Assembly (NCBI GenBank): GCA_013239625.1
Contig: MU054323.1
Span: forward strand, 9,103,220 to 9,167,219
Length of the DNA: 64,000 bases
Origin: Lama guanicoe
Lineage: Eukaryota
Reading direction: 5' to 3'
How positions within the stretch are numbered: the stretch's first letter is position 1; the number at the start of each line of letters is the position of its first letter. Below, one piece after another: positions 23,351 through 36,994 of this stretch. Below the pieces are notes generated by a model. The model made no database searches, was not told the DNA's origin, and was given only the letters and a program-made list of their open reading frames with translations. A program made the translations under genes and the position numbers.

Positions 23351-25904
23351 AAAATTCAAGTGTGCTGTTAACAGATATTCAAAAGTGCAGATATTCAAAA
23401 TATGCATAGAAAAATCTGGAAGGGTTTATACTAAAATGTTAACAATGGTTACATCTAAATGGTAGGATCATGGATATCTGACTTTCTTTTTTATACTTTT
23501 TTATGTTCTCTGATCTTTTCTCCTCTTGAAGACTAAACATGTATTAATTTCAGGAGTAGAAAGAGAAAAAAACCAATAGAGTTGATTAGGTGTGGGTAAA
23601 GGTGATGAAGGCTCTCAAAGCAATTCTAAAAGAGGATTTCCCAAGGTGCTTTGAGTATTATCAGTATCAAAATTACTTAATTCTCCTAAGGTCAAAAATC
23701 TGAAGGAAATATAGTCACTTCTTGGGTAATAAATTGGTATGACAGTTAAAGTCAGCCTTATTATTTTATAGTTGTCTCTTCAGCACCCAAGATACTCTCA
23801 TTCTTTACCCAAGTATTTCATGGCCCAACCCTTTCTCAAGTATAGGCAATGAACAGTGAGGGGCATTCAAACATCTTGGCTATAACAGAAGTTTCTGGAC
23901 AGAAATGTGCAAAGTCTCTATTCAAGGACTAAATGGCTTCTGAGCTCTAAAACCCCCTCAGAAATGCTACCAATTCTTAACAAATGCAAAGAATGTATGT
24001 GCTGATTAGAAAGAAGGAGGTAGGAGAAAGAAAGAGTGGTTTGCCTGAGAAATACAGTTTAAGGTGTGTCACAGAGACTACCATTGGCAGAGCCACGTGA
24101 GAGCTGGTGAGTACTTGATCCTGTTGGCAAGATGAGGGCTAAGCAGGAAACAGGACCTCAGTTTGCTGGACTTGAGAAACAACTTCTTGAGAGCACCTAA
24201 AGTCAATGATTCTAATTACATCTGACAAAAGTAGTTTGGCTTTCCACTGGCCAGGGGACTGAGGAGGAGAAGATGGCGTGGGGTTGGGTGGGGGGCGGTC
24301 ACACCAAGATAGAAACAATGGACCTTCAGATGTTGGATTTTCAAAGACTGAACTGTCATTCTGGATGGTACCTCAGAATTGGATTAATGGGAGCCTCTCC
24401 TTGAGAGCAGCCTGGATGGCTGAAGGCCAGACCCCAGGGAGGGGGGCATATACCACGGAGAGTTTACCTTGGAAAACTGTGGGCAACCCACCGGCCCCAG
24501 CAATCGCCCCGCCCTCATGAGTGCTTCTATGCAAACTCTAACAGAAGCAATTCCACTTCCTACTGGTGCAATCTCTAGTTTGGAGCTGATTCTCAAGCCC
24601 TGGGTTGTCCCTTGGGGGCACCCATGCAGCTGGGCTGATGCTGCTTGGTGCCTCACCAACAACTGGGAATACTGCAGGACTGGAGTGTAATGGACAGGGA
24701 GAAAGAGGAATAAACAACAGGGCAGATGAATGACCCATACCTCTGGCTTTTGACTACTCTCAGCTTACTGATATACCCTGAATTATGATGATTTATTACA
24801 AAGCAAGTGATTCTTGAGACAGCAGATTGAGTCTATGGGCGAAATTCTTGAAATTAAGAGTATCAGTGCAGATTCTGGGACTTAACCATTTCTATGTAGA
24901 AAAGCAACTAATAAATCAAGAATTTTAGAGCTTACAGACCACGGATCATTAATGTTACAGTATTTTATGTTACTATCACAATAATCCTAAAATATCACCA
25001 TGGTTATATGTGTGTAACTCTGACTATGTAGTGAATATTCAGTGCCATCATGAACACAAGAAGCCTCTAACCTTCAGGTTGGAAGGACTTGGGTGAGGAC
25101 TTGAGCGCCACATCATTCTGAGGCTGAGATTCAGATAACATATAGAGATGGGAAAAGAGACACAACTGTCATGTCTTCCAAACTGAGCTGGGGACATCTG
25201 CAGCTACTGCCACCATCTCAGTCTCGTGCAATGGGAAAAACGGATGTAAAAATAGAAGCAATACATCCAGCTATTAACACTGAGGCAAAGCCGGGTATGG
25301 CAGTCTGCAGAGGCACGGGTGCAGAGTGGGCGACGGCTCCCTCTAGGGCACACTGTCCCCGGTGGATGGCGTGCCAACTAACTCAAGAGTTCTCTACCAA
25401 CCACGCCATCCCTGATTTACTCATTTCCCCCCAAGCTCTAATGAAGTATGACTGACAGATGAAAATTGGATATATTTAGGTTGCACAGCATGATTTTTTG
25501 TTAAGGTGTACATCGTAGGGGATGACAAGGAGGAGAAAAGCGAGAAGGTTACACACTGCCTGAGAGCAAGTTATACCTCCTGGCAGGAAAGTGAAGGAGC
25601 CTATTTGTTCAGAAGAAAATGTCTCCCTGGGAGTTCCTCACCTCACCGAGTGGGTTAGCTCCTCTCTATTAGACTTATGAAGAGGCCAAACAGCTGTGTG
25701 CAGAACAGGCAAGAATTTTAATAATGAGAGTGCTGGATGAGAGGATAAAGACAGCATACAAGAGCTGCGGGAGATTCTACACCCAGAAAGTAACTACCCT
25801 TGTTTTCTGTGTCACGGCTGTTCCACGGGGCAGGGGGTGGATTCTGAGTGCCCATTCAGTAGATTCAGTATGGATCTTTCTGTTGTTTTTGGTTGTTCTT
25901 TGTT

Positions 25905-26625
25905 TTCTAAATTGAGATATAATACATCTACTATAAAATTCACCCTTAAAAAACTGCACAATTGAGTGGTTTTTAGTATATCCACAAGGTTGTGCAACCA
26001 TCGCCGCTATCTAATTCTAGGACATTTTCATCACCCCAAAGAGGAACCCTGTACCCATTAGCAGTCACTGCCCCTTCTCCCCAGCCTCTAGCAACTGTCA
26101 GTCCACTTTCTGCTGCGATAGATTTACCTACTCTGGATATTTCATATAAATGGAAGCATACAGTATGTGGCATTTTATGTCCGACTTCTTTCACTTAGTA
26201 ATGTTTTGGATGTTTGTCCATGCCATAGCATGTATCAGGATTCCTTTTTATGGCTGAATAATATTCTATTGTGTAAATACCATGATTTGTTTATCCATTC
26301 ATCTGATGATGAAAATTTGGGTTGTTTCCAATTCGGGGCTATTACGAATAACACTCTGTGAACATTTGTGTGTAAGTTTTTGTGCAACATGTTTTTACTT
26401 CTCTTGGCTGTATACCTGGAAGTAGAATTGCTGAGTCATATTGTTAACTCTAAATTGAACTTTTTGAAGCACTTCCAGAGTGTCTGCCAAAGTGGCTACA
26501 CCACCTTATGTTCTTATCAGCAATGTTTGAGGGTTCCAGTTTCTCCATATCCTAGTCAATAGTTGCTATCATCTGTTTTTGATTATAACCATCCTAGTAG
26601 GTATGAAATGTATCTCATTGTGTTT
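25905..26625 (-). mobile_element. L1MB-type LINE-1 3' end
   Basis: Well-preserved antisense 3' UTR and ORF2 end (ttgagatataat...acattttcatcaccccaaa...ctggatatttcatataaatgga...tttgggttgtttcca...gggttccagtttctcca). Confidence 0.9.
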
Positions 26626-26689
26626 TGTCATTTAAAAAAAAAAACACCCAAGCTGCTCATAAGAACTTAGTTTAAAAAGACAAGGCTTA

Positions 26690-27630
26690 AGTGTAAATGC
26701 CTCCTTCCTCTCTACTCCCATTTCTGTGGGGCAAATACTTTAAATTCTTTTACCGGTTTTGTCTGATATTTATCTTCTATTTCTGGTAGTATGCTTATAC
26801 CACTGTTTTATTAAAAAATCTGTTTGAGATATTCTCTTTTGAATTCCAACTATGGAAGCTGAGCATTTAATTCTCTTATCTTCCCCAGTGTGCACACAAA
26901 TACACATTCACTTTATCCTTCCATTTTCACAATATGATTATAATCTCCATTTTTGGTTAAATCAATAATTGGCACTTACATTGTTATGACTATGCATTCA
27001 GAGCCATGTAGTGTACAAAATTTATATTTACTTAATTATACCTTTTCCCCTCAGACTCCAGATGAGATAGAGGAACACATTTTCTTTTTTAGTCCCCCCC
27101 TCTCAATTTTCTACATATTAATTACTACCTCATCCTCCAATTCTGCAAGGGAGCTAAAAATCTCTGGGCATATTCAAACACAATGGATATTCCACTGTGT
27201 CTTTCTCTTTCCTTTTTTTTTTTTTTTTTCTTTCTGAAAGACATTCCTTCCAGAGGCCACCACTCTCCTGCTCCAATCTGGACTGCCTGGCATGGGCTTC
27301 CTGCGTAGTTCTTGTCCTGGAACTTTCCTTCACCATCACGGACTTCTCTCTTCCTTTGCATTGCCTGTTTCCTGGATCCCATATCTTCCTCTGTCTTAGT
27401 TTTGTCCCAGGTTACAATAGCATATCTTCCACTAACTTCTTTATTCCTCTCTTGCTCCATTACTGTCTTCTTTTGTGTTAAATAGGTATTTTCCAGTGTA
27501 CCATTTTAATCCTCCTGTTTCTTTCAGGTTTCTTTGTTGTTGTTGTTCTTGTCTTAGTGGTTGCACTGGTAATTCCAATTAACACCTTAACTCAATCTAG
27601 TTTAGACGAATACCAACTCAGTTTCAATAG
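26690..27630. mobile_element. Very old L1/HAL1-like fragments
   Basis: T/C-rich decayed sequence with agagccatgtagtgtac and ataccaactcagtttcaata words. Family uncertain. Confidence 0.4.
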
Positions 27631-27654
27631 CACTCACAGTGGTTTATGGATGCA

Positions 27655-27767
27655 TTCATGCTATCATGGTAGAGTTGATTGGCTGAGACAGAGCATGTGT
27701 GCATATGGCCTGTAAAGCCTAAAACTTTACCATCTGGTCCTTTACAGAAAAAACTTGCCGATCCTGA
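27655..27767 (-). mobile_element. MER58A-like hAT-Charlie fragment
   Basis: agagttga...atatggcctgtaaagcctaaaactttaccatctggtcctttacagaaaaaacttgccgatcctg. Confidence 0.8.
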
Positions 27768-28149
27768 TCCAGTGTCCTGATCTTCCTGATCCTATTTTTT
27801 CTCTCCTGCCTCCCAGGATTAAGCAATCTGTTCTCTGAACTCTCACTGTGTTTCACCTCTCCTGAAACTTACAAATTAACTGCAAGTGCTAAGAAACCAA
27901 ATGAAAAGGCACAAAACAGTATCAACAAAGTGTGAAAAGCTTCTTGTTGCCCACAGTTGTATGTCAGATGCTCAAAGTTGTAATCATTATGATCTATCAA
28001 ATCCAGTCCTTCAACATTAAATTACTCTGAGGATTATTACTACTGATTTGAATTTGAGAGTTTCTAAGGCTGGTTTCTCCATCACTTAGTCCCATGCCCA
28101 AGCAGTGCATTTCCACACGAGTGTTCTGTGGTGGGCATGGGTTGTTTTT

Positions 28150-28480
28150 GTCGGACCACCATTCACTTCCCATCTTCTGATAAGAGTTCTTCGATTTTTA
28201 TTTGACACCAAGGATGGCGACATAATGTGGGGCACAGAGTGGGGAGGGAGCTGCCAGGGACCACCACCTGGAGGGGGCCTGTCTGAGCTCAAAGCCCACC
28301 ACAAGGCAAGCAGAGCTGACAGGGAGAGAGTGAGTGAGTCCTGATGACGTGGTTCAGCCTCTGCCTTCTGCTGTACCTTCGAACTTTCCAGTTATGTGCA
28401 CCAAATAAATCCCTTTTTCTGTGTAAGCCTTTTGAGTTGTGCTCCTGGTGCTTATGAGCAAAAGGAATCATGACTGACAT
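28150..28480 (+). mobile_element. MLT1J/K-like MaLR LTR remnant
   Basis: gagtcctgatgac...actttccagttatgtg..ccaaataaatccctttt...tgagttg...aaaggaatcatgactgacata. Confidence 0.7.
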
Positions 28481-29189
28481 AGACTTTGAAAGCAGAGGCT
28501 GAGCTACTTCTGGGTAGCCATGTAGGTCCACCTTCTTCACGAGGACCCTTCATTTTATTTTTAGCAAGAGACAAACAAACATTTCTACTATAGTTCAGGA
28601 CCTGGAATAGTTTTAGTCTAATGCAGGATTGATTTCAGAACTAAGGATCCTCTCAAATTCAGGTTACTGTCCTTGACAAAACAGAAAAACTAATGGTTTC
28701 AGAAATAACTAAATATGACAAGAATAACATTCTACCAAGTAGTTTATCAAGTTCCTGATAAAGCACATTTGAAAGGCAATCAGGACATAATTTCATGGAA
28801 TAGAAACATTCCTTGCACTTATCTATTTTCAAAGCATATTTGCATCCAAAACTTCATCAAATGCCCTCAGACTTCCTTTTTGATAAAGGACCCACATTTT
28901 AAAGTCTTTTCTAAGCAAACAAACATATTTTATTAATAATAATAGGTCAGTTTCTTATAAATAAATACCCTAAAATTTTTATTCTTCCTCAACTCTAGTT
29001 TCCTGTCCCCAACATTTACTTACTTTTCTACTTTAGGCCATGAACAAATAATTTTTATTTCGCCAGCTTTAGGGGAATACTGAGCCTTTTTCTAATTTGT
29101 TTCCTTTTCATCCCAGCTCTGTAGCTGTGACTCATTCACTTAACCCACTTGTCCTTAACACGGCCCCACACACAAGAGTGTCGGTGGAA

Positions 29190-29365
29190 TCCACAGGCTT
29201 AGTTTTGAACCTCCAGCTCTGTTACTTCCTTGCATGACGATCCTGAGCAAGTTTCTAAATCTGTAAAATGAGGATAATAACAGTACCTTCCTCATATAAC
29301 TGTTGTAAAGATTAAATGAGATGTATGCAGGAGAGACACAGGAAGTGTGCAGGAAATGCTATTAT
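29190..29365 (+). mobile_element. MIR SINE
   Basis: ccagctctgttacttcct...gagcaagtt...atctgtaaaatgaggataataacagtacct.cctcata...gttgtaaagattaaatgagat. Confidence 0.8.
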
Positions 29366-29544
29366 TATCCTCTGGCTACCAGAACGGGTTCTGCTAACCA
29401 GTGCTCCTTGCTGTTTCATTCCACACCAGAGGCTTGTAAGCCCGGGTGATTTGTTTATCATTTCAAATCTAGGCCCTCCCCAGGGCAGAGACAATAAATA
29501 CTGATTTATTGAATGAATGAATGAATATGGGTAATATGGGTATA

Positions 29545-29660
29545 ATTTTATTGATATTCTGATTTTATAGATGAAGAAACTGACTCAGAGAGGTAAAGTG
29601 ACTTGAATAAAGCCCCACAGTGGGTTAGAGAGGGTTAAGACACACTTCCCCTGCCTGGTT
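29545..29660 (-). mobile_element. MIR SINE fragment, next to an L2 3' end with (GAAT)n at about 29490-29526
   Basis: attttatagatgaagaaactgactcagagaggtaaagtgacttg. Confidence 0.75.
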
Positions 29661-29739
29661 GTTCTTCTCGTCCACCATATTTCCTCTTAGGGCCTCTACC
29701 TCAGGATCTAAAAATTCAGGTGCAGCATCTTGGTTACTA

Positions 29740-30039
<300 letters not shown>

Positions 30040-30164
30040 TTAGATTCTTCTGTTTTTCCAGAAAATGTCTCCCTTCTTTATCATATAACAAATGCAGTGG
30101 AGCACTTTGGTGGACACTGGCTCAGGAAAATAAATAAAATAAAACAATAACAATAATCACAAAA

Positions 30165-30420
30165 ACTAGCTATAAAACACATTCTTGAGACAACTGGGGA
30201 AATTTGAAAGTGGCCTGAATATCAGATGGTAGTAGAGAATCACTGATAATTTTCCTAATGGTATTGTGGTTCCTCTTAGGAGATGCGCGCTGAAGTATTT
30301 AGGAGGTGAGGGATCATGTCTGCAAATTACTCTCAAGTAATTCAACCAAAACCAAAATAAGTACACATGGAGCAAGGGGAAGGCAATGCAGCAGAATGTT
30401 AATAACTGTTTAGGTGGAGA
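30165..30420 (+). mobile_element. Old L1 (L1MC/ME) 3' UTR fragment
   Basis: acattcttgagacaactggggaaatttgaa...ctgaagtatttaggaggtga...catgtctgcaaattactctcaa. Confidence 0.75.
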
Positions 30421-31329
30421 GAGTTAGGGAGAGCAAAGAGAATTCTATAAAAGAAGGAAGGGAAGAGGGGAGGGAAGAAAGAAGAAAGGAAGAGGTTACT
30501 GCCAATGATTTTGATATGAATCATACCCATAAATTTCACGCCTAAACTGTTTTAGGCCTCTCTTGGACCATGATGCATTTTTCATATTACTAGTTTGCAG
30601 ACCACTCATTTCTTCTGTTTGTTTGTTTGTTTGTTTTGCTTGAGAGGATGGAAGCGGAGTAGGAGAGGCTCTGATATGTAGCAGAAAAAGCACTGCACTG
30701 ACATTCCGAGACATCCACTACTCACCAACCCTGGAACCTTCCCCAGGTCACATGCAAGCTGTAAAATGAGGGACTTGGAGAGGATCAGTAGTTTTCTCTC
30801 AGAATATTAAAATGTCTCTGGCTGAAGTAAGGGCGAGGGGCGGCAGCCCTGTTTCCTCATCCCCTTGGCTCCTGTCCAGCATCTCCCGGGAACCTTTATG
30901 GTCCTGGGGTAGGCAGTTGCAAATTCACTGGACTAGATGAATTATATGCTACTTTTTGACTTAAAAAGTTTAAAACTAAATTCGGTCTTTTCTTTATTAC
31001 AGTTTAATCACATACTATCTCTTCTTAAGAACGGGTCTATCCCTGTCTCTGCTTGCTCTGAACATGCCCAGATGAATCCTTTATGTTGCCTCTAGATCAT
31101 TCCACAGTGTCTACGCATTGTTGGCATCAGTTTTCCCAGTAGCACGGGTTTCATTAACTTGACCACACATCCCCCCTCGCCATCCTTTCCCCAGGCCCTT
31201 TCAGTCTGTTGGCTGATTATCCTGTGAGGCCACTTTCTTTTTTCTTTTTACAAGGTTTGCATTGATCTTCATTATTGGGATCACTTCTGTGTGTTGAGTT
31301 GGATGGTTTACTTTCAGAAACACTGATTT

Positions 31330-32790
31330 CTTGTGGTTTTTGAAAACCTTTTAAACAAATATTCTTTAATGAAAAATCTTGAACATGAAAAATAATGCAC
31401 ACACACCCATGTACCTCCCACTCAACTTAATGAATTTATTTTATTAAATTTTACTTTATTTGCTTTTGATATTTTTCTTTGAAGAAGTTAAATGATATCT
31501 TCCATATGTATTGTTTAGCAATGTGCTTTTCCTCTAAACATTGTAAAATTTGTGTTGACATACGTAGCTTTAAAAAAAAAAACCCATACCGTGTTCCATA
31601 CTGCAAATATGCTACGGTTTAAAAATCCATTCTCTTTTTCATGGACACTTTGGCTTTTCCCATTTTCCCCTTTCACAAGCAATGAAGTATAGGATATTCT
31701 TGACATTTATAAGTAATCTTTTTTCCTCTGGTTGTTTAAAAATATTTTTATCTTTATTAAACCTTGATCTTATGTGGTTCCACTAAAATGTACGTTAGTA
31801 GAGAGTTAATGTTTATCTTATGTGGTACTTTTAATACACTTTTGATCTGAGGGCTCATGCCTTTTCTCAATTCTAGAAAACACCTTGCAGTTTTTCCTCT
31901 AATACAGCTTCTCTTCAGTTCCCTCCAATCTCTTCTTCCTTCACTTCAGTTTGACATATATTGAAGCCCCTCAAGCTGTCCTTCATTTCTCTAACTTCTA
32001 AGGAAGTTAAAGTTAATCATACTTATTTTAAAGTCTTTTTGGAATTATTTTATTATTTGAATTTCACCTTGGGCCAATCCATCTTCAGATGGTTGATTTT
32101 GCTGGATCTATTGCCGCATTATGTTTCTTCATTTGCAGGCTTACTCTGCTAATAGTGAGTTGGAGATTCGGCACATTTCACCCCCTACCAGGCTTATCTC
32201 TGCCTTTCTAGTGGTTTCACAGCTGCACCCACCAGGTCCCTGAGGGTCTCTAAACCACAGCCAGGTGATATGTTGGCAACAGGGAGTTCTTGTTCTGGGG
32301 TTATTAACAATATTGCCAATCCAGTCACTAAGTTACCAGTGGGTTGGTTTCCTTCCTGATTAGAGGCAGTCTCTCTGCCCTCCTATCTCTGCAGGTTGGG
32401 AGCTTTATATATATTGTAGCCTCAGGCAGCAGGCATAGCAGCTTCCTCCACCCTTTTTCCTTAGCAGGGAAGCTTTAGCCCAGCATCTCTGCTTTCCAGC
32501 CATGGGCACCGCTCCCGTCTGCCATGAGCGGCATGCTTTCAGTGCCCAATACCCAAAGGAGGCAAACCTGCAGCCATCTATGTCTGCTTCTGGGACTGGA
32601 GTACAGCACATCTAGGGCTGAATGCTCAGTGATTCTGTTCCATTTCTGATCTGTGGAGCTATTTATCTTGTTTTTGAGCTTGTGAGTAGATTTTCATTGT
32701 CTCTTTTTACTTTTATACATCAGTGGTTTGAGTGCGGCACAGAGGGAGTATCTTAAAGCATGAACTTACATTGTTGTCATGATTAGAAGT
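31330..32790 (-). mobile_element. Decayed old L1/HAL1-like fragments
   Basis: T-rich antisense L1-like words (acacccatgtacctccc, atggacactttgg, ttttgatctgagggctcatgcctttt.tcaattctagaaaa). Confidence 0.5.
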
Positions 32791-32940
32791 CATCCATCAG
32801 AATGTTAAGCTTTTAAACTTTTTCTTTTTCCCATGAAGTATTTGAGGTTAATTTCCTTAAAGACCAGAGTTCATTTGTTTATTTATTCAATGAGCACTTA
32901 CTAATGCTTACTAGGTGCAAGCTATGTGCCAAGTACAATA

Positions 32941-33494
32941 TAACAGGTGATCGTTTCTGAAGATAACTATCCATATATATCACATCATACACGCTCTTTT
33001 CGCACTGTGACAATGACAATCTTCTGTTGAGAGGCTGGGTACCGGGGTGGAATTTCCTCAGTCAGTAGAATGGGGTGGTGGGGAGAGATGCTATGTGACT
33101 TCCAAAGCTAAGTCATAAAGGCCAACGTATCTTCTGTTGGGCTGTCGTGCTCTCTCTCACTCTCCCTCTCTCAGGAGACTGGATCTCGATAGAACCCAGT
33201 TACCATATTGTGAGGACGCCCAGGCCATAAAGAGAAGCTGTGTGTAAATATTCTGGCCAATAGGCAGCGTCAACTAACTAGCAAGCATGTGATTGAAGGA
33301 AGGTTCAAATGATTCTAGCTCTCAGTTGTTGAGTCCTTCAGCTGAGACCCCAGATATGGTAGAGGAGAACAAGCCATGCTGTGCCCTGTCTTAATTCCTG
33401 ATGCAGAGAATCCATGAGGGACAATAAATAATTACTGCTGTTGTAAGCCACTAAATTTTGGGGTAATTTATTATGTAGCAATAGATAGCCATTG
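32941..33494 (+). mobile_element. MLT1F/G/H-like MaLR solo LTR inserted into an antisense L2 3' end
   Basis: gatgctatgtgacttccaaagctaagtcataaa, gaacccag..accatattgtgagga, tgtgccctgtcttaattcctga, taagccactaaattttggggtaatttattatgtagcaatagata. L2-like sequence on both sides (about 32870-32940 and 33495-33650). Confidence 0.85.
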
Positions 33495-34229
33495 GGGATA
33501 TAAGAGTGAATAGGAGATGTCCATACCCTCATAGGAGAAGACAGAGTTATTGAATAAGCAATTTGAGCTGTGACGAGTGTTTGAAGAATAAATAGAGATG
33601 CTCTGTAACAGTCTAGCAGGGAAATCTAAGCCAGTTTGGCAGTTGAAGGTAATCTAACTTCTTATTGTGAAATGGTCCCTATCTCCCACAATTCCTTTTT
33701 CCTAGCACAATGCCTGGCCATGGTGGTTGCTCAAAAATATTGCATAATCTATTGTGGCTTCTTAAAATTAGTTTCCTTGTGGCAGTCTTTTTTCTTGTTT
33801 CCTTTATTTTCTGAGGTGAAATTAACAAAAAGGCAGGTCAGGAAATCCTAGAAACCTTCATTCAGTCTTTGCACCAAATGGAAAACTATTATTATAGTTC
33901 ATTAATTATAAACTTTCTTTCTCTGTATGTTGCATTGTATATGTCTTGCCTCCTAGTGTTGGGGGAGAGTGCTAGTCTAATAAAAGGAAGAAATATTGAA
34001 ATTTTCTTCCTGAAATGCTTCAGACTGAGTGGCACAATATGAATATACTGATAAGAGATTTTATGTGGAGATGCGTATTATGACCCTCAGATGGACTGAG
34101 AGGGTACCAAAGGCTCTCATGGCATCAATGGAGAACCTATGTCTGTCCACCAGTGCAATCACAGGGTCTTCACAACAGAATGTAGCAAATGTTCCAAGGG
34201 CTGCACGTTAATTAGGTCTGCACGTTAAT

Positions 34230-34391
34230 TAGGTCTGCTTGATAAAACATAGAATTCTCAGTTAAATCTGAATGTCAGATAAATAACAAGTAATTTTATA
34301 GTATAAGTACGTTTAGTATATTTTCCTTGCTTACAAGAAATTCAGGTTTAACTGGGCATCCCATTTTTGTTAGCTAACTCTGGCAACTCTA
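34230..34391. mobile_element. MER53-like palindromic hAT MITE with central deletion
   Basis: cagttaaatctgaatgtcagataaataac ... gaaattcaggtttaactgggcatcc ... tctggcaactcta. The arms are reverse complements. Confidence 0.85.
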
Positions 34392-34653
34392 ATACTATAC
34401 TAATTAGTCCATAGAATATGTAATGCTTAAAAAAGAGAACAGATCGTATGAGGGCAGGGGCAGGGACTAAACTTGGCTGAGGTTTGATAAGTACCCAATT
34501 ATGGGTATGATTCAGGGAATCCTTTTTCTTCTAGGACTCACTAGTTTCCTTTTCTCTACCTCCCAGTCAACCAAAAAATCTGCTTTCAACTATGCCCAAG
34601 AATTCACATGCAGTCTAATTGATAAGGTTAGTCTTGATTCTTTGCTTTATTCA

Positions 34654-34839
<186 letters not shown>

Positions 34840-34919
34840 TCACATGGTGCATTTGTAGACATTCAGTAAGGAAAATACCCAAGTGCAACCAGTTTCCCTA
34901 TTAAATTACAAGTCAACTT

Positions 34920-35049
34920 GGGGGAAAGGGTATAGCTCTGTGATAAAGCACATGCTTGTAGCATGCACGAGGTCCTGGGTTCATTCCCCAGTACCTCCAT
35001 TATTCAAAAACAAACAAAAAAACCTAATTACCTCATCCTCCCCCCAAAA
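34920..35049 (+). mobile_element. Vic-1-type tRNA-Ala-derived SINE (camelid)
   Basis: gggtatagctctgtgataaagcacatgcttgtagcatgcacgaggtcctgggttcattccccagtacctcca, A-rich linker, aacctaattacctc tail. Degenerate TSD aagtcaacttgg / aaatcagcttgg. Confidence 0.9.
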
Positions 35050-36112
35050 TCAGCTTGGTTACAGATATAGAAAAGTCTGAAATCTCAACCTCCACGTTAG
35101 CCTAGTATCAATTTCTTCTTATGTCCATTTGCTCTACTTTTTACTTTACAACATTTCAGTTTCAAAGGTGAGCATCAATATTTACCACTAAGGTGATTAC
35201 AAAGTTATGACAAAGGGCAACAAGAACATTAAAGGAAAATTTAAATGTTGTGGCATGAAAAGACATGTATAAATGTGAACATTTAGGCTGGTGAATATTT
35301 TTGTAGGTTACTTTAAACACTTAGTTGCCAGGTTAGTTCATAACTCCATTTTCCAGAAAAGATGAAGAAAGATGATAGAAGGGAAACAATGAAGAGCTCA
35401 AAAGTTTCCTGGTATGGAGAGTAAGCAGGAAGTTCATGTACATACATATGCATGCTTTGTACACCTATGCATGTCTTCCAAATATATTACAATTACTCAT
35501 GCAAACATACCCACTCACACAAAAGCTTACATTCTTGGCTTCTGTAGGCAATCTGGAAACATAAAGGAGAGATTGATAAAGGAGGAGAGATTCAATCAAA
35601 GGTTGAGAGCTAGCTCAGACTAGAAGACCACAAGAGGAGGATGGATGGGGACAGCAGAAAGAGGAAAAAATGAGAATGTCAAAGCCATCGCAGTGTCCGA
35701 AGAAGTGCATTTTTCAGAGGAGGAAAGTGAACCTCAGAGAGATGAGGTCACAATCTAAGGTCATACACTGGGAGATGCTGGGAGATGCTTAAGCTGGGTT
35801 CCTACCGGGGTCCTCTAACTTGAAGTCCAGGGTTTGGCCATTTCTAAAATGGTTGCCTCTCTAGGCCAGGACTCTGTCCATAGCAACACAAGCCCCCCAG
35901 GCCAATTCACATTTTAAAACAGCCTTTATTGTGGAACTTTGTAAAAACTAAAAAACAGTATTTAAAAATAACATTCACAGGACGCTCCCCCTTTGTCAAA
36001 ACACTTACTTATCCAACTAGACTGGCTGGTCTTCTTTTCCTTTACCCAGGTCCACCATGCTATAGACCCAGAGTAAAATTCTCTAGCTGCAGTCTTAGAG
36101 ACTCTTCCAGAA

Positions 36113-36270
36113 CAGTGATTCACAGACTTGGCTGCTCAGCAGCGTCATTAGGAGAGCTTAATAAAATGACTTATTTCTGGGCTCCACCTCAAACCCACTG
36201 AATCCAGATCTCTTGGGGAAAGATCAGGGAATGTGCACACAGGCAAGTTCCCCAAGTGGCTCTCCCACAG
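36113..36270. mobile_element. MER5-like hAT-Charlie fragment
   Basis: cagtgattcacagacttggctgc...ggagagctt...ctgggctccacctcaaacccactgaatc. Confidence 0.65.
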
Positions 36271-36994
36271 CTAGTGTGATCCATTCCACGCTCTTGGGGT
36301 GATGCATATCAGCATGTGGCTAGTGGAAGCTTCCACTACTTCTGATGGGGCTGGGGGGCGAGGGCAGTGGCTGTCAACTGCTGCACCTTCCTTAGTCTTA
36401 CTTAACATTTTGGTTTGGTCAGTGGATTTTGTCCAGTGGTTTATGGGCTAACACTATTCCCACATTTTCACTATTTTAGAATCCAGAATGTCCACCCACA
36501 GAAATTCTATGGTATATTTTTGGCTGCTCATATGTTTGCACAGGGTTATTGTGTAGCTTAAATTAGAAAAGCCCCGTGTGAACTGTAAAGTGCTGTACAA
36601 ATGTAAAGAATTGTTACTGTTATCATATTGTCCTTTACCTACAGCCCAGCAGCCCCGCCTGTCCACCCATCTCTTCTGCCTTCTGTTGAAGTTTGTAGCC
36701 TGGCAACAATCTCTTTCATTGGTTTTCCCACTTCTGCAAGGTCTTAGAGATGTCAATTATGCATAAAGGCCCTCATTGCCCAGCATTCTGACACACCCAC
36801 TTACTTTTTAGGTTTTCAAAACAAATATGCTGTTCCCAACTTTCCTCAAACTTTAAGTGCAAATGCCATTGCTCACCTAGTCTGATCCTCAAATCTGCAC
36901 TCAGGAGCTCTGAGCACAGGTTAGAGCAAACTATCAGTACAAAACAACAGGGCAGAGCCATTCTTCTCACAAGTGTTCCATTTTATCTCAGAAG

